A DNA stretch of 64,000 nucleotides from Gloeobacterales cyanobacterium (GTDB taxonomy: Bacteria > Cyanobacteriota > Cyanobacteriia > Gloeobacterales > PMM-0068). Location: positions 192,001 through 256,000 of the forward strand of contig JBBRSB010000002.1 in assembly GCA_038245785.1 (NCBI GenBank), given 5' to 3'. The notes under the pieces are model-generated. The model was not told the DNA's origin and did not search any database. It was given only the letters and a program-made list of their open reading frames with translations. Below are positions 41,243 through 51,462 of the stretch, in pieces; position 1 is the stretch's first letter, and the number at the start of each line of letters is the position of its first letter. Position numbers and translations under genes: made by a program.

Positions 41243-42220
41243 CTAGACATAATCCTTGCGTTGGGATTCTAAAAATGTTGTTACCGCTTGATTAAACGCG
41301 ATCGGTTCCACCAGAAAGCACCAATGATTACCAGGAACCAGGACAATCTGCAGGTCTTTTAGATAGGTTCGATAGGGTTTGAGTTGCCATGCAGTGCGGT
41401 TCAGTCCCCGTTCTGGCTGAACAAACAATGTTGGAATCGCGATCGCGGTTGTTAACCCGGCAACCTCCATTACATCAACAAAGATCTCATCTCTGGCTTG
41501 CGCCACAAACTTACTTCCCCATGTACCATCTGGTTTCTGTTCAATACCCGCCTCAAACACTGCCTGCTGCAAGTCACTCCAGCCGTTATATTGTTTCAGT
41601 TGCTGCGCCTGATGCTCAGCCTGTTCATGGGTCTCAAAGGGCCCCAACAGTTTGAGAAACGGTAGCATGCGATACAACAAGGGAAAGGTTGGTTTCAACC
41701 AGCGGGGAATTTGGTTGATAAAAAAGGGATCGACCAACACCAGACTCCGAATAGCCTGGGGGTGCTGTTTTGCCCAAACGGCTGCTACTTTAGCCGACCA
41801 AGAATGAGCAACTACATGGGCAGAAGAGAAGCCCAGATGCGCCATCAATGCTTCCAGATCGGCAATAATATCAGCACAGCGATAGCCATTCAAAGGTTTA
41901 CTGCTGTTGCCATGTCCCCGCAAATCAGGGGCAATGATATGGTAACGGTCTTGCAGACTTTCTCCCAGCCCTACCCAGACCATACTGTGATCCGCCATAC
42001 CATGCAGTAAGAGCAATGGCTCCTGTCCCCGGTTCCACTCTAAGTAAGACAGTTGTAGGTTTGGCGACTTCAACATTTTCTGATGCGCCTTGATTCTAGT
42101 TAATAGTTCCTCTCCCTTCATACGTATAGACCGATTTGAACACGACTCTTCAATCAAATCATCAACTTCATAAAGAATGCTGCAAAACCTAACATTAGCA
42201 AGAGATGCAGCACACCTCAA
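41243..42220 (-). CDS. Alpha/beta fold hydrolase (true start probably near 42076-42118)
   Basis: LLLHGMAD, PDLRGHGNS, AHSWS nucleophile, GNHW. Confidence 0.85.
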   Translation of the reverse strand: MRCAASLANVRFCSILYEVDDLIEESCSNRSIRMKGEELLTRIKAHQKMLKSPNLQLSYLEWNRGQEPLLLLHGMADHSMVWVGLGESLQDRYHIIAPDLRGHGNSSKPLNGYRCADIIADLEALMAHLGFSSAHVVAHSWSAKVAAVWAKQHPQAIRSLVLVDPFFINQIPRWLKPTFPLLYRMLPFLKLLGPFETHEQAEHQAQQLKQYNGWSDLQQAVFEAGIEQKPDGTWGSKFVAQARDEIFVDVMEVAGLTTAIAIPTLFVQPERGLNRTAWQLKPYRTYLKDLQIVLVPGNHWCFLVEPIAFNQAVTTFLESQRKDYV

Positions 42221-42303
42221 CCACCGTTGTACCTGCGAGCGACAGCCCGTCCACTCCTGTACTTAAGGGCAAACATCCTAGGGCGTTCTACAATTAATTC
42301 TGT

Positions 42304-42981
42304 TTAGCACCAAGATTGTTCATCGGGGGGATTGTGTAGCAATTCTCGAATATTGGCTTCGATCACCCGATACCCTACGTTGCCGTTGAGCCGTTGTCGT
42401 CCCTCATTAAAAATTAGGGTAGGGCTGACAGACACCGTATGCTCTTTGACTAACTCAAAATCCTTGGAGAGCTGAACATAAGCCTCGCCACTATCGATCT
42501 GATCTTGGATGGCGGCGATCGGGAATCCTAACTTCTCCGCAATTTCAAATTGCACCTTGCGATCGGAAACGTTTGCCAGTTGGGTAAAGAATGCCTCCCG
42601 AAATGCCCAGGTTGCTTTTTCAAAAACCTTCTCTGCTGGTTGAACGATTCCCTTCATTTCCAGTAGTTGAATCGCATGCAGAAACACATGACAGGATGTG
42701 GAGGAGGGTGGCGTAACGTTAGTCCAAATATCAGGATGAACAGTGATGTGATTGAACTTTTTCGCGACCTCCTGAACATGGTCGCTATATCCTTTTAAGC
42801 CACCGCGATCGCGCCATCGATTCTCCAGCTTTTCACGGGCATTCCCAAAAACGGGGACAAAGTGTTGATCGATCGCAATCTTGTCTTGAAAGGTTGATTT
42901 CAACTTATCCAAACGGATTTGAGCAATATAAGCCCAAATGCAGAGAACATCGGAAAAGTAAAAGATACGAATGGGTTCCAT
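42304..42981 (-). CDS. DsbA/FrnE-like thioredoxin-fold protein
   Basis: YFSDVLCIWAY, VSVSPTLIFN. Confidence 0.8.
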   Translation of the reverse strand: MEPIRIFYFSDVLCIWAYIAQIRLDKLKSTFQDKIAIDQHFVPVFGNAREKLENRWRDRGGLKGYSDHVQEVAKKFNHITVHPDIWTNVTPPSSTSCHVFLHAIQLLEMKGIVQPAEKVFEKATWAFREAFFTQLANVSDRKVQFEIAEKLGFPIAAIQDQIDSGEAYVQLSKDFELVKEHTVSVSPTLIFNEGRQRLNGNVGYRVIEANIRELLHNPPDEQSWC

Positions 42982-43069
42982 GATTATTCCAGTAGCGGCA
43001 TAAGACCTACCCCAAGGATAAATAACAGTCTGGGAAAGGAAACTCATGGACTCCAAATTCAGGACTGGA

Positions 43070-43097
43070 CAATATATAACTGTATAGTTGTATATTG
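43070..43097. promoter_or_regulatory. Palindromic operator (ArsR/SqrR-like, putative)
   Basis: CAATATATAACT-gtat-AGTTGTATATTG (one mismatch) in the divergent intergenic region. Confidence 0.6.
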
Positions 43098-43214
43098 GAG
43101 AAGACCGAGAGGTCTCTCCTGAAAACAGGAGAGTTCATCCCGCTCGCACGGCCCTCACAAGTTCTTCAATATTGAGTCTTAGCGTGGAATTTAGTACACA
43201 AGGAGTTCACTCTG

Positions 43215-43409
43215 ATGAACATCAATCGTTACTTGCGGTTATTTGCTGGTCTATTCATTTTGATCAGTCTGACCTTGGGATACTTGGTCCATCCAGGATG
43301 GTACTTATTTACGGCCTTTGTCGGGCTTAATTTGCTGCAATCAGCGTTTACGAATTGGTGCCCTCTAATGGCTCTGCTCAAAGCTTTAAAAGTTCCTGAG
43401 ACTGCATAA
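43215..43409 (+). CDS. DUF2892/YgaP-like membrane protein
   Basis: FTAFVGLNLLQSAFTNWCPL. Confidence 0.88.
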   Translation: MNINRYLRLFAGLFILISLTLGYLVHPGWYLFTAFVGLNLLQSAFTNWCPLMALLKALKVPETA

Positions 43410-43460
43410 GGCCAATGAGCTCAGTTGTGTTTATGTTTTCCGTATTTAGGAATATGCAAT

Positions 43461-44750
43461 ATGGCCAATATCGTTGTCATCGGTGCTGGGTTAGGAGGGT
43501 TACCTGCCGCCTATGAATTGCACAAACTACTGGGCAAAGACCATAACATTACCGTAGTTTCTAAGGCCCCCAAATTTGTCTTTACGCCTTCGTTGCCCTG
43601 GGTTGCCTTAGGCCTTTCTCCTCTGGATAAAATCCAGTTTGACTTAGCCCCCGTGCTTCAGAAACAGGGAATTACCTTTATTTCCCAGGCAGCCTCGTAT
43701 ATTGCTTTGGTAGACCAAACAGTCGTCACTAAGGATAGTCAGGTTCTACCCTATGACCACTTAGTAATTGCCACCGGACCAGCTCTCAATTTTGCAGCAG
43801 TGCCTGGATTGGGCCCAGAAGAGGGCTTCACCCATTCTATTTGCACAGGTCCCCATGCCCTAGAGTCTGCTAAAGCCTGGGAGGCCTTTTTACAAGATCC
43901 CGGTCCTATTGTCATCGGAGCAGCACCAGGTGCCAGTTGTTTTGGTCCTGCCTATGAGTTTGCCTTCTTGGTAGACCATGAACTCAAGAAGCGGAAACTC
44001 CGTAAGAAAGTTGAGATCACGTTCGTCACCCCAGAGCCCTACATCGGTCATATGGGCATTGGTGGCATGGCCAATTCCCGCAGGCTGATGGAAGATGCCT
44101 TTAGTGAACGGGGGATTAAGTGGCTGTCCAATGTCGCGATTCAAGAAGTCACGCCCACAGAAATAAAGATGGCAGGTGGACAGGCTTTGCCCTACAAATA
44201 CGCGATGGTTATGCCTTCTTTTCTCGGTCCTGAGGTGGTTCGCCATTCTGCCGACATCGGAAATGCTAAAGGGTTTGTGCCCGTTGACAAAGTCTGGCAG
44301 CATCCCCAATATCCCAATATTCACTCCGTCGGCGTGATCACAGCCCTGGCACCTGTGGAAGAAACGCCCATCCCCGTAGGAACACCTAAAACCGGACAGA
44401 TGAATGAATCTATGGCCCTTGCCGTTGCCCACAATATTGCCGTGGATTTGGGAGTCCTTAAAGGAAAGAAAGTGACGCCGACGTTGTCTGCGATTTGCTT
44501 CGCGGATATGGGAGACCAAGGAATTGCTTTTCTGGCAGACCCGGTGATTCCCCCCAGAAATAAATCCTATGCTGCGAAAGGTCATTGGGTTCATTGGGTC
44601 AAAGTAGCTTTTGAGCACTACTTCTTGCAGAAGATGAAGGCAGGAATTGCCTTGCCGTTCTATGAAGAACTCAGCCTGAAAGTGCTGGGAATGGAAATGA
44701 CAGAAGCGTTACCAGAGGAGAAGACTGAACTTCAGGAAGTAAAGCCGTGA
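43461..44750 (+). CDS. sqr: Sulfide:quinone oxidoreductase (type I-like)
   Basis: GAGLGG FAD motif; HSICT, GASCFGPAYE, PKTG, AICFADMG, WVHWVKVAFEHYFL. Confidence 0.88.
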   Translation: MANIVVIGAGLGGLPAAYELHKLLGKDHNITVVSKAPKFVFTPSLPWVALGLSPLDKIQFDLAPVLQKQGITFISQAASYIALVDQTVVTKDSQVLPYDHLVIATGPALNFAAVPGLGPEEGFTHSICTGPHALESAKAWEAFLQDPGPIVIGAAPGASCFGPAYEFAFLVDHELKKRKLRKKVEITFVTPEPYIGHMGIGGMANSRRLMEDAFSERGIKWLSNVAIQEVTPTEIKMAGGQALPYKYAMVMPSFLGPEVVRHSADIGNAKGFVPVDKVWQHPQYPNIHSVGVITALAPVEETPIPVGTPKTGQMNESMALAVAHNIAVDLGVLKGKKVTPTLSAICFADMGDQGIAFLADPVIPPRNKSYAAKGHWVHWVKVAFEHYFLQKMKAGIALPFYEELSLKVLGMEMTEALPEEKTELQEVKP

Positions 44751-44797
44751 AGTTGAGCGTTTTCATGAGTTAGTAAGCAAACAAAGAGGGGAGCGCT

Positions 44798-46075
44798 ATG
44801 TCTGAAGTTACTTCAGAATCACCAACTAGAGAGCAATTCCGGTTACGGTTCCCACCCCATAAAGTTTGGTGGTCTGTCGCTGGAATTGCTCTGGCATTGA
44901 CAGGAGGAGTCTGGACGGCACAACATTTCAGTCAAAGCCCCACGGAGCAGAAAACGACCCTAAGAACACCGATTATTCCTTTGGCTGTAGATACTTTGAC
45001 GGTGCGACTGAAGAAAATCCCGGACAGGCAGGAATTATCAGGAACGATTCAGGCCGTTGACAGTGCTGTTCTATCCACCCGCGTCATGGGACGTATCAAA
45101 ACCCTGGCTTTACAAGAAGGCGACCGGGTCAAAAAAGGACAGGTTGTTGCCCAGATTGATGTCGCTGATATAACCGCCCAGAGTGCACAGGCGCTGGCCG
45201 GAGTTGGGCAAGCCCAGGCGGGGCTTGCCCAGACAAAAGCTACTTTGAACCAGTTGAAGTCTCAACAGGTAGAGGCAAGGGCTTCCTTAAATCTGGCCAA
45301 AATTAACCAGTCACGGACCGCCCAATTGCATAGCGAAGGAGCTATTTCTCAATCGCAACTGGATCAGGCGAACACGGCTTTGGATGTCGCCCAGGCGAAA
45401 GTAGCCCAAGTAGAATCGGCCCTCCGTCAGGGAGAGGCTGCGATTACTCAATCCCAGGCGGCCATTGCTCAGGCTAAGGCTGGATTGGGCGCCACTTCTG
45501 CAAACATTAGTTATGGTGTCATTCGAGCGCCCTTTGATGGAGTCGTGATTCAAAAACTGGCCTACACAGGAGAAATGACTACGCCTGGCGCTCCTTTACT
45601 GAAGCTAGAAAATACAGACCACTTGCGCTTAGAAATTGCTGTCCCCGAGGCGGATCTGCGCTTTCTCCGCATTGGCCAGGCAGTGGTTGTCAAAATTGAT
45701 GCTTTAGGAGAAGAAGAAACCGCAAACGTGAGGCAGATTGTTCCTACGGCTGACCCTAATTCTCGGAGTTTTATCGTCAAAGTTCCACTTAAAAATTCTG
45801 GCCATCTGATTTCTGGCATGTTCGGAAGGATAGAACTTCCCCGTGGTGTTAGAGAAGGGATCATGATTCCAGTCAATACTCTGGTAAGACGAGGGCAGCT
45901 AGAAGGAGTTTATGTTGTTGACGCCAATAATCTGGCGGAGTTGCGTTGGGTTAAAACAGGACGTGTCCAGGATGGTCAGATAGAAATTGTTTCTGGTTTG
46001 ACGAATGGTGACCGCATCATTAGCAGTCATCTTCAGCAGCTCAGTGATGGGCAATCCATAACTTCTAGAGACTAA
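44798..46075 (+). CDS. RND efflux periplasmic adaptor
   Basis: N-terminal TM, lipoyl half-motifs GDRVKKGQ and IRAPFDG, alpha-hairpin. Confidence 0.92.
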   Translation: MSEVTSESPTREQFRLRFPPHKVWWSVAGIALALTGGVWTAQHFSQSPTEQKTTLRTPIIPLAVDTLTVRLKKIPDRQELSGTIQAVDSAVLSTRVMGRIKTLALQEGDRVKKGQVVAQIDVADITAQSAQALAGVGQAQAGLAQTKATLNQLKSQQVEARASLNLAKINQSRTAQLHSEGAISQSQLDQANTALDVAQAKVAQVESALRQGEAAITQSQAAIAQAKAGLGATSANISYGVIRAPFDGVVIQKLAYTGEMTTPGAPLLKLENTDHLRLEIAVPEADLRFLRIGQAVVVKIDALGEEETANVRQIVPTADPNSRSFIVKVPLKNSGHLISGMFGRIELPRGVREGIMIPVNTLVRRGQLEGVYVVDANNLAELRWVKTGRVQDGQIEIVSGLTNGDRIISSHLQQLSDGQSITSRD

Positions 46076-46079
46076 ATCT

Positions 46080-49000
46080 ATGCATCAGCATCCAGAAAAA
46101 AAGCTTGGTATTGCAGGCACTATTGCCAGGTATTTTATTGATTCTAAGCTAACTCCTTTACTTATTTTGGTGTCCTTACTCTTGGGGATAGGAGCGACGG
46201 TCATTTTGCCCCGAGAGGAAGAACCGCAAATCAGCGTACCAATGGCTGATGTCTCCGTTAATATGCCTGGAGCTTCGGCAAAAGAAGTAGAGCAACGGGT
46301 TACATACCCGATGGAAAAACTAATCAAAGAGTTGCCGGGGGTGGAATATGTATACTCGACCTCGCGTCCTGGTTCCGCTCTAGTCATCGTTCGGTTTTAC
46401 GTAGGACAGAAAACAGAAGATGCCATCGTCAGACTCTATAACAAGCTTTATTCGAACTTCGATAAGATTCCTGCGGGAGCTTCCCAACCCCTGATAAAAT
46501 CCAGGTCCATTGATGATGTGCCTGTGCTTGCGCTAACCCTTTGGAGCGAACGGGCCAATGGCTCTGAATTGCGCCAGATAGCTGCTCAACTAGATGAACA
46601 AATTAAACAAGTTAAGGATGTTTCTGAAACCACAATCCTCGGTGGCCAGAAACGGCAAATCCAAATTGAACTTGACCCCATTCGGCTCAATGCTTTTGGG
46701 CTTTCTCCCCTTCAGATTTCTCAGACCTTACAAGACCAAAATGTGGAATTAAAAAGTGGGTCTTTTAATCAACAGAATCAATCTTTTCTGGTAAGCACCC
46801 AAAGTTTTTTACGTTCGCCTGAAGATTTGAAGACCTTAGTAGTTGCTGTATCCCGTAATCGTCCTGTGTATCTAGGAGATGTTGCAAACATTCGAGACGG
46901 TTCTGAAGAGCCTTCTAGCTATGTATTCTATGGTCGTGGAAGTCCTGAGCATAATGCTAAAGCTGAGGCTGAAACAGATGCGGTCACCGTTGCTATCGCC
47001 AAACGCCAGGGAGCCAATGCTATTGAAGTGGCCCAAAAAGTACTGGACAAAATGGATGCAATCAAGGCTCGCTATCTGCCCAGAGATGTACATTTGACTG
47101 TCACCCGAAACTACGGAGAAACCGCTGCCGCGCGTTCTAATGAACTCCTGATACACATGCTGATTGCCGTTGCTTCGGTCACCGCCTTGATGTGGTTTGC
47201 TCTGGGTAAAAGAGAATCAGCCGTGGTGGCGGTTGCCATTCCTGTGACCTTGTCGTTAACCCTAGCCAGTTTTATATTTTATGGATTCACCTTAAATCGA
47301 GTAACCTTTTTTGCCCTGATTTTCTCGATTGGGATTTTGGTAGATGACGCGATTGTGGTGGTCGAAAATATAGTTCGTCATCTGCACATGACAGAGAACA
47401 AAAATCGGTCTATACATCAGGTAGTGCTTGAAGCGGTAGATGAAGTGGGAAACCCGACAATTCTGGCAACCCTTGCGGTGATCGCCGCTATCCTCCCCAT
47501 GGCTTTTGTGGGTGGATTGATGGGACCTTATATGCGTCCGATTCCACTGGGCGCATCGGCAGCCATGATTTTCTCGGCCTTAGTTGCTTTCATGATTGTT
47601 CCCTGGGCTGCAGTTCGTATTCTCAAGAGAGACTCTGCGGATCACAGCACTGCTCATGGCCAAGAGGATTTCCTAAGCCGCCTATACCGTCGATTCATGA
47701 CTCCGCTGATCGAACATAGCCTATGGCGCAACCTGTTCTTAGGGGGAACTTTGCTCTTACTCGTGGCAGCTGTTGGTCTCGCTGGTGTGAAACTGGTGAC
47801 CTTGAAGATGTTGCCTTTCGACAACAAGAGTGAACTACAGGTGCTGATCGACATGCCTGAGGGAACCACGCTGGAGCAAACGGCACGGGTGACAAAAGCG
47901 ATGGGTCAATATCTAACCACCGTCCCTGAAGTAACCGATTACCAGAGCTATGTCGGTACCGCCTCTCCGTATAACTTCAATGGCCTGGTCCGCCATTACT
48001 TCTTGAGGTCTGGTCCTCAGGTGGCCGATATTCAAGTCAATTTTCTTCCGAAAGATGAGCGGGACCGTCAAAGTCACACCATTGCTAAAGCGATCCGGCC
48101 CGAGATTCAGAAAATTGCCAGTCGCTATGGAGCCACGATTCAAGTGGCAGAAATCCCTCCCGGTCCCCCCGTGCTGCAAACCCTGGTGACAGAAGTCTAT
48201 GGTCCCGAGTATCAAGGACAAATTGACTTAGCCCGTCAAATCCGCCAGTTGTATCGCCAATCCCCTGGTGTTGTAGATGTGGACTGGTACATGGAGGATC
48301 CCCAAACCGAGTATCGCTTTGTAATCGACCGTCAAAAAGCAGCGCTTAACGGCATCAGTCCTGCCCAGATATCAGAAGCTTTGCAGTCTGCCCTTTCTGG
48401 TCGCAATACAGGCCTTCTCCATGATGAAAATGCCCGTGAGGACATAGCCTTGAATCTCCGTTTCACCCAGGCCAATCGGACCCGTTTAGAAGATTTGCAG
48501 GCCTTGAAACTAGCGGGAACCAACGGCAATTTAGTACCCCTCAGTGCGCTTGTGCACGTCGAAAAAACGACGGCAGACCACAGTATCTACCACAAGAATT
48601 TACAGCCTGTGGTTTATGTTATCGGCGATGTCTCGGGGAAAGTAGATAGCCCGCTGTATTCCATTCTTGACTTGGGACCGAAGATTACCGAGCTTTCTAA
48701 ACAAACGGGCTATTCGATCACTTCATACTTTACAGACCAACCCATGAATACGGAGAACTATGCTATCAAATGGGATGGAGAGTGGCAGGTAACCTATGAA
48801 GTCTTCCGAGATTTAGGCATTGCTTTTGCGGTGGTTTTGGTTCTTATCTATGCCCTTATCGTTGGCTGGTTCCAATCTTTTATCACTCCCCTCGTGATCA
48901 TGGCTGCTATTCCTTTTTCCTTGGTGGGAATTATGCCAGCCCACGCGTTGATGGGGGCCTTCTTTACAGCCACTTCCATGATTGGATTCATCGCGGGGGC

Positions 49001-49364
49001 AGGAATCGTAGTCCGCAATTCAATTATCCTGGTTGATTTTATTGAGCTGCGCCTGAAAGAAGGAATGCCCCTGAAAGAAGCAGTGATTGATGCCGGGGCT
49101 GTGCGCTTCCGTCCCATGCTTTTGACAGCAGCAGCCGTCATAGCGGGCTCCGCGATTATTCTGACCGATCCTATTTTCCAGGGTTTAGCTATTTCACTGA
49201 TGGCAGGAGAAGTGGCCTCCTTACTTCTATCTCGCTCAGCCGTCCCTATTTTGTACTACATGGCATGGCGCAAGAAATGGGAGGCTCCAAAAACGCCCGA
49301 TCTACGGATCGAAACGATGGAGATACCTGTGAGCAAGGCTGAAAGGGGCGATTGGAGTATTTGA
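46080..49364 (+). CDS. RND efflux permease (AcrB family)
   Basis: [45 protein letters not shown]. Confidence 0.93.
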   Translation: MHQHPEKKLGIAGTIARYFIDSKLTPLLILVSLLLGIGATVILPREEEPQISVPMADVSVNMPGASAKEVEQRVTYPMEKLIKELPGVEYVYSTSRPGSALVIVRFYVGQKTEDAIVRLYNKLYSNFDKIPAGASQPLIKSRSIDDVPVLALTLWSERANGSELRQIAAQLDEQIKQVKDVSETTILGGQKRQIQIELDPIRLNAFGLSPLQISQTLQDQNVELKSGSFNQQNQSFLVSTQSFLRSPEDLKTLVVAVSRNRPVYLGDVANIRDGSEEPSSYVFYGRGSPEHNAKAEAETDAVTVAIAKRQGANAIEVAQKVLDKMDAIKARYLPRDVHLTVTRNYGETAAARSNELLIHMLIAVASVTALMWFALGKRESAVVAVAIPVTLSLTLASFIFYGFTLNRVTFFALIFSIGILVDDAIVVVENIVRHLHMTENKNRSIHQVVLEAVDEVGNPTILATLAVIAAILPMAFVGGLMGPYMRPIPLGASAAMIFSALVAFMIVPWAAVRILKRDSADHSTAHGQEDFLSRLYRRFMTPLIEHSLWRNLFLGGTLLLLVAAVGLAGVKLVTLKMLPFDNKSELQVLIDMPEGTTLEQTARVTKAMGQYLTTVPEVTDYQSYVGTASPYNFNGLVRHYFLRSGPQVADIQVNFLPKDERDRQSHTIAKAIRPEIQKIASRYGATIQVAEIPPGPPVLQTLVTEVYGPEYQGQIDLARQIRQLYRQSPGVVDVDWYMEDPQTEYRFVIDRQKAALNGISPAQISEALQSALSGRNTGLLHDENAREDIALNLRFTQANRTRLEDLQALKLAGTNGNLVPLSALVHVEKTTADHSIYHKNLQPVVYVIGDVSGKVDSPLYSILDLGPKITELSKQTGYSITSYFTDQPMNTENYAIKWDGEWQVTYEVFRDLGIAFAVVLVLIYALIVGWFQSFITPLVIMAAIPFSLVGIMPAHALMGAFFTATSMIGFIAGAGIVVRNSIILVDFIELRLKEGMPLKEAVIDAGAVRFRPMLLTAAAVIAGSAIILTDPIFQGLAISLMAGEVASLLLSRSAVPILYYMAWRKKWEAPKTPDLRIETMEIPVSKAERGDWSI

Positions 49365-49407
49365 GGACTAAAGTCCATGAAGAGCTAAGAGAACTTAAAG
49401 GCAAGAC

Positions 49408-49914
49408 CTAAGACAATTTGTTTGAGAGGCTCTTTTGGATCGTGCTTGCCAGGGTTTCGGGAGTGCTCTCTGCTTCAACACCAATAATCAGGGCTTCGTC
49501 GCTGTCAGGTTCTTCCAGGATCTCAAGCTGACTGCGCAACATAGAGGACTTCATAAAATGGTCTTTTCGCTGTTCCAGTCGTTGTTGAAGTAGTTCGGGA
49601 GACACTTTCAGGTAGACGAAGCGTACCTGTGCAGGATCTACTTGGAGCTGCCGTCGATAGGCTTTCTTCAAGGCAGAGCAAGCAAGGATGGCATTTTCAC
49701 TATGTTTAAGTCGTGCAGTTATTTCAGTACGCAAGATTTCCAGCCAGGGAGCACGGTCAGCATCCGTGAGCGGCTCCCCACGAGACATCTTTGCGACATT
49801 GGCAGGAGGGTGGTAATCGTCTGCATCAAAAAACGTCCAGCCTGTCAGAGCACTTAGAGCCTGACCGACCGTTGTCTTACCACTCCCTGAAACACCAAGC
49901 AGAATAATAATCAC
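49408..49914 (-). CDS. gntK: Gluconokinase
   Basis: GVSGSGKTT, DADDYHP, CSALKKAYR, HFMKSSMLRSQ. Confidence 0.92.
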   Translation of the reverse strand: MIIILLGVSGSGKTTVGQALSALTGWTFFDADDYHPPANVAKMSRGEPLTDADRAPWLEILRTEITARLKHSENAILACSALKKAYRRQLQVDPAQVRFVYLKVSPELLQQRLEQRKDHFMKSSMLRSQLEILEEPDSDEALIIGVEAESTPETLASTIQKSLSNKLS

Positions 49915-50106
49915 AAATGCCTATACTGACTTAAACAAAAGAATAGCCGATTGAACCGAAAGATTGTTCATTGCTAATCAATTTTCAACCGCTATATTCT
50001 AGTACGGTAGGCAAGTTAAACCTTTCCCCAGGATTTTAATATTTACCTAGAGATAGTTTCCTAAATGAGGGAACTCTAAACTACGAATCCATCTAAGCTA
50101 CCTATT

Positions 50107-51162
50107 ATGAATAAAATCAGGTTTTCCCAAATTACTGATATTTTAACGATTACCCTGGCTGTTGCTTTAGCCTATACTCAACCTGTATCTAACTGGCTAA
50201 ATAAACAAGCTAGTGCTGATAGTGCAATCCTTGCAGAAAATATTTTATTCAATCGAGCGAAGCAAGAGCACACTAACTTTTTTGATATGCTACAAGCCAC
50301 GCACAGCAAGCAAGCCATCGGTTATTTTCAGCAAGGTATCCGCAAAAAGGAGGCCGGAGACGATCAAGGAGCCGTGCAGGACCTCAACGAAGCTATCCGA
50401 CTCAATCCTCAATACGCAGAGGCCTATAGCAAGCGTTGTGGAATGTTGGCTGATATGGAGAACTATCCAAAAGCTTTAGCAGATTGCAATATGGCAATCC
50501 AACTCAATCCCCAACTCGTCACGGCATACTTCAATCGAGGCCTGACCTACAACGGTATGGGCAAGCAAACAGCAGCCTTTAGAGACTACAGCGAAGCGAT
50601 CCATCTAAATGCCAACTATGGCTATGCCTGGATTAATCGAGGAAACCTCCGTCAAGCCCTAGGAGATTTCAAAGGAGCGATTGGGGACTATAACCAGGCC
50701 ATCCACCTTTATGCGGACCAGACTTGCTTGAGATGTGGCTATACCGAACGCGGAAAGGCCTATGCTCAGCTCAAAGAATACAAAAAAGCGATTCCAGACT
50801 ACACCCAAGTGCTTAAGCTCGCTCCTAACGACGCCTTCCTCTATCTCAAACGAGGGGAAGCCCACCATACCCTAAAAGACTATTCACAGGCACTTGAAGA
50901 CTACACCCAAGTCCTCAGGCTAGAGCCTGCCTCCGGTCGAGCCTACTATGCACGAGCACAGGTATGGACTGAGCAACAAGACTATCAGAGAGCCGAAGAG
51001 GATTACAGCCACGCTCTCCAGCACAGCTACGAACCCTCTATCACCTATAGGAGCAGGGCGCGGGTTCGCGTGTATCTGGGGGATAAGCCAAGCAAGGTGC
51101 AAAGAGCAACCAGCAAAAAGCTGCTGCCCACACAACCACCCTCAGAGCAGCCTGAAAACTAA
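50107..51162 (+). CDS. TPR repeat protein
   Basis: Multiple TPRs (AIRLNPQYAEAY) after an N-terminal hydrophobic segment. Confidence 0.85.
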   Translation: MNKIRFSQITDILTITLAVALAYTQPVSNWLNKQASADSAILAENILFNRAKQEHTNFFDMLQATHSKQAIGYFQQGIRKKEAGDDQGAVQDLNEAIRLNPQYAEAYSKRCGMLADMENYPKALADCNMAIQLNPQLVTAYFNRGLTYNGMGKQTAAFRDYSEAIHLNANYGYAWINRGNLRQALGDFKGAIGDYNQAIHLYADQTCLRCGYTERGKAYAQLKEYKKAIPDYTQVLKLAPNDAFLYLKRGEAHHTLKDYSQALEDYTQVLRLEPASGRAYYARAQVWTEQQDYQRAEEDYSHALQHSYEPSITYRSRARVRVYLGDKPSKVQRATSKKLLPTQPPSEQPEN

Positions 51163-51185
51163 AAAGCCGCCCTAAGAGCGGCTTT
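51161..51185. terminator. Terminator downstream of tRNA-Gly
   Basis: AAAAAGCCGC-cctaaga-GCGGCTTT. Confidence 0.75.
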
Positions 51186-51189
51186 AAAA

Positions 51190-51264
51190 TGGAGCGGGTG
51201 ATGGGATTCGAACCCACGACATTCACCTTGGCAAGGTGACGCTCTACCACTGAGCTACACCCGC
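51190..51264 (-). tRNA. trnG: tRNA-Gly(GCC)
   Basis: GCGGGTGTAGCTCAGTGGTAGAGCGTCACCTTGCCAAGGTGAATGTCGTGGGTTCGAATCCCATCACCCGCTCCA. Confidence 0.96.
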
Positions 51265-51462
51265 GTGAATAAACATGATTCCATTATCGCGCCAGTCTGT
51301 CAACAGAAATTTGCCCTAGGCAAGCACCCTATCCTTAGCTAGGATGAACCGAGGCTCTAAACAAGTCACGATCTCGAACAATCAGGGAGCGAGGCAGAAG
51401 AGACATTATCATAGAGAATAGACGGCTTACTATTGTTTCTGTGCAGCGAGGGTACACACTTT

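Noticed and set aside
42080..42260. Possible toxin or regulator remnant upstream of the hydrolase
   Set aside because: The ILYEVDD similarity is too short to support a call.
43890..44618. 242-aa minus-strand ORF
   Set aside because: Antisense to sqr, with no recognisable motifs.
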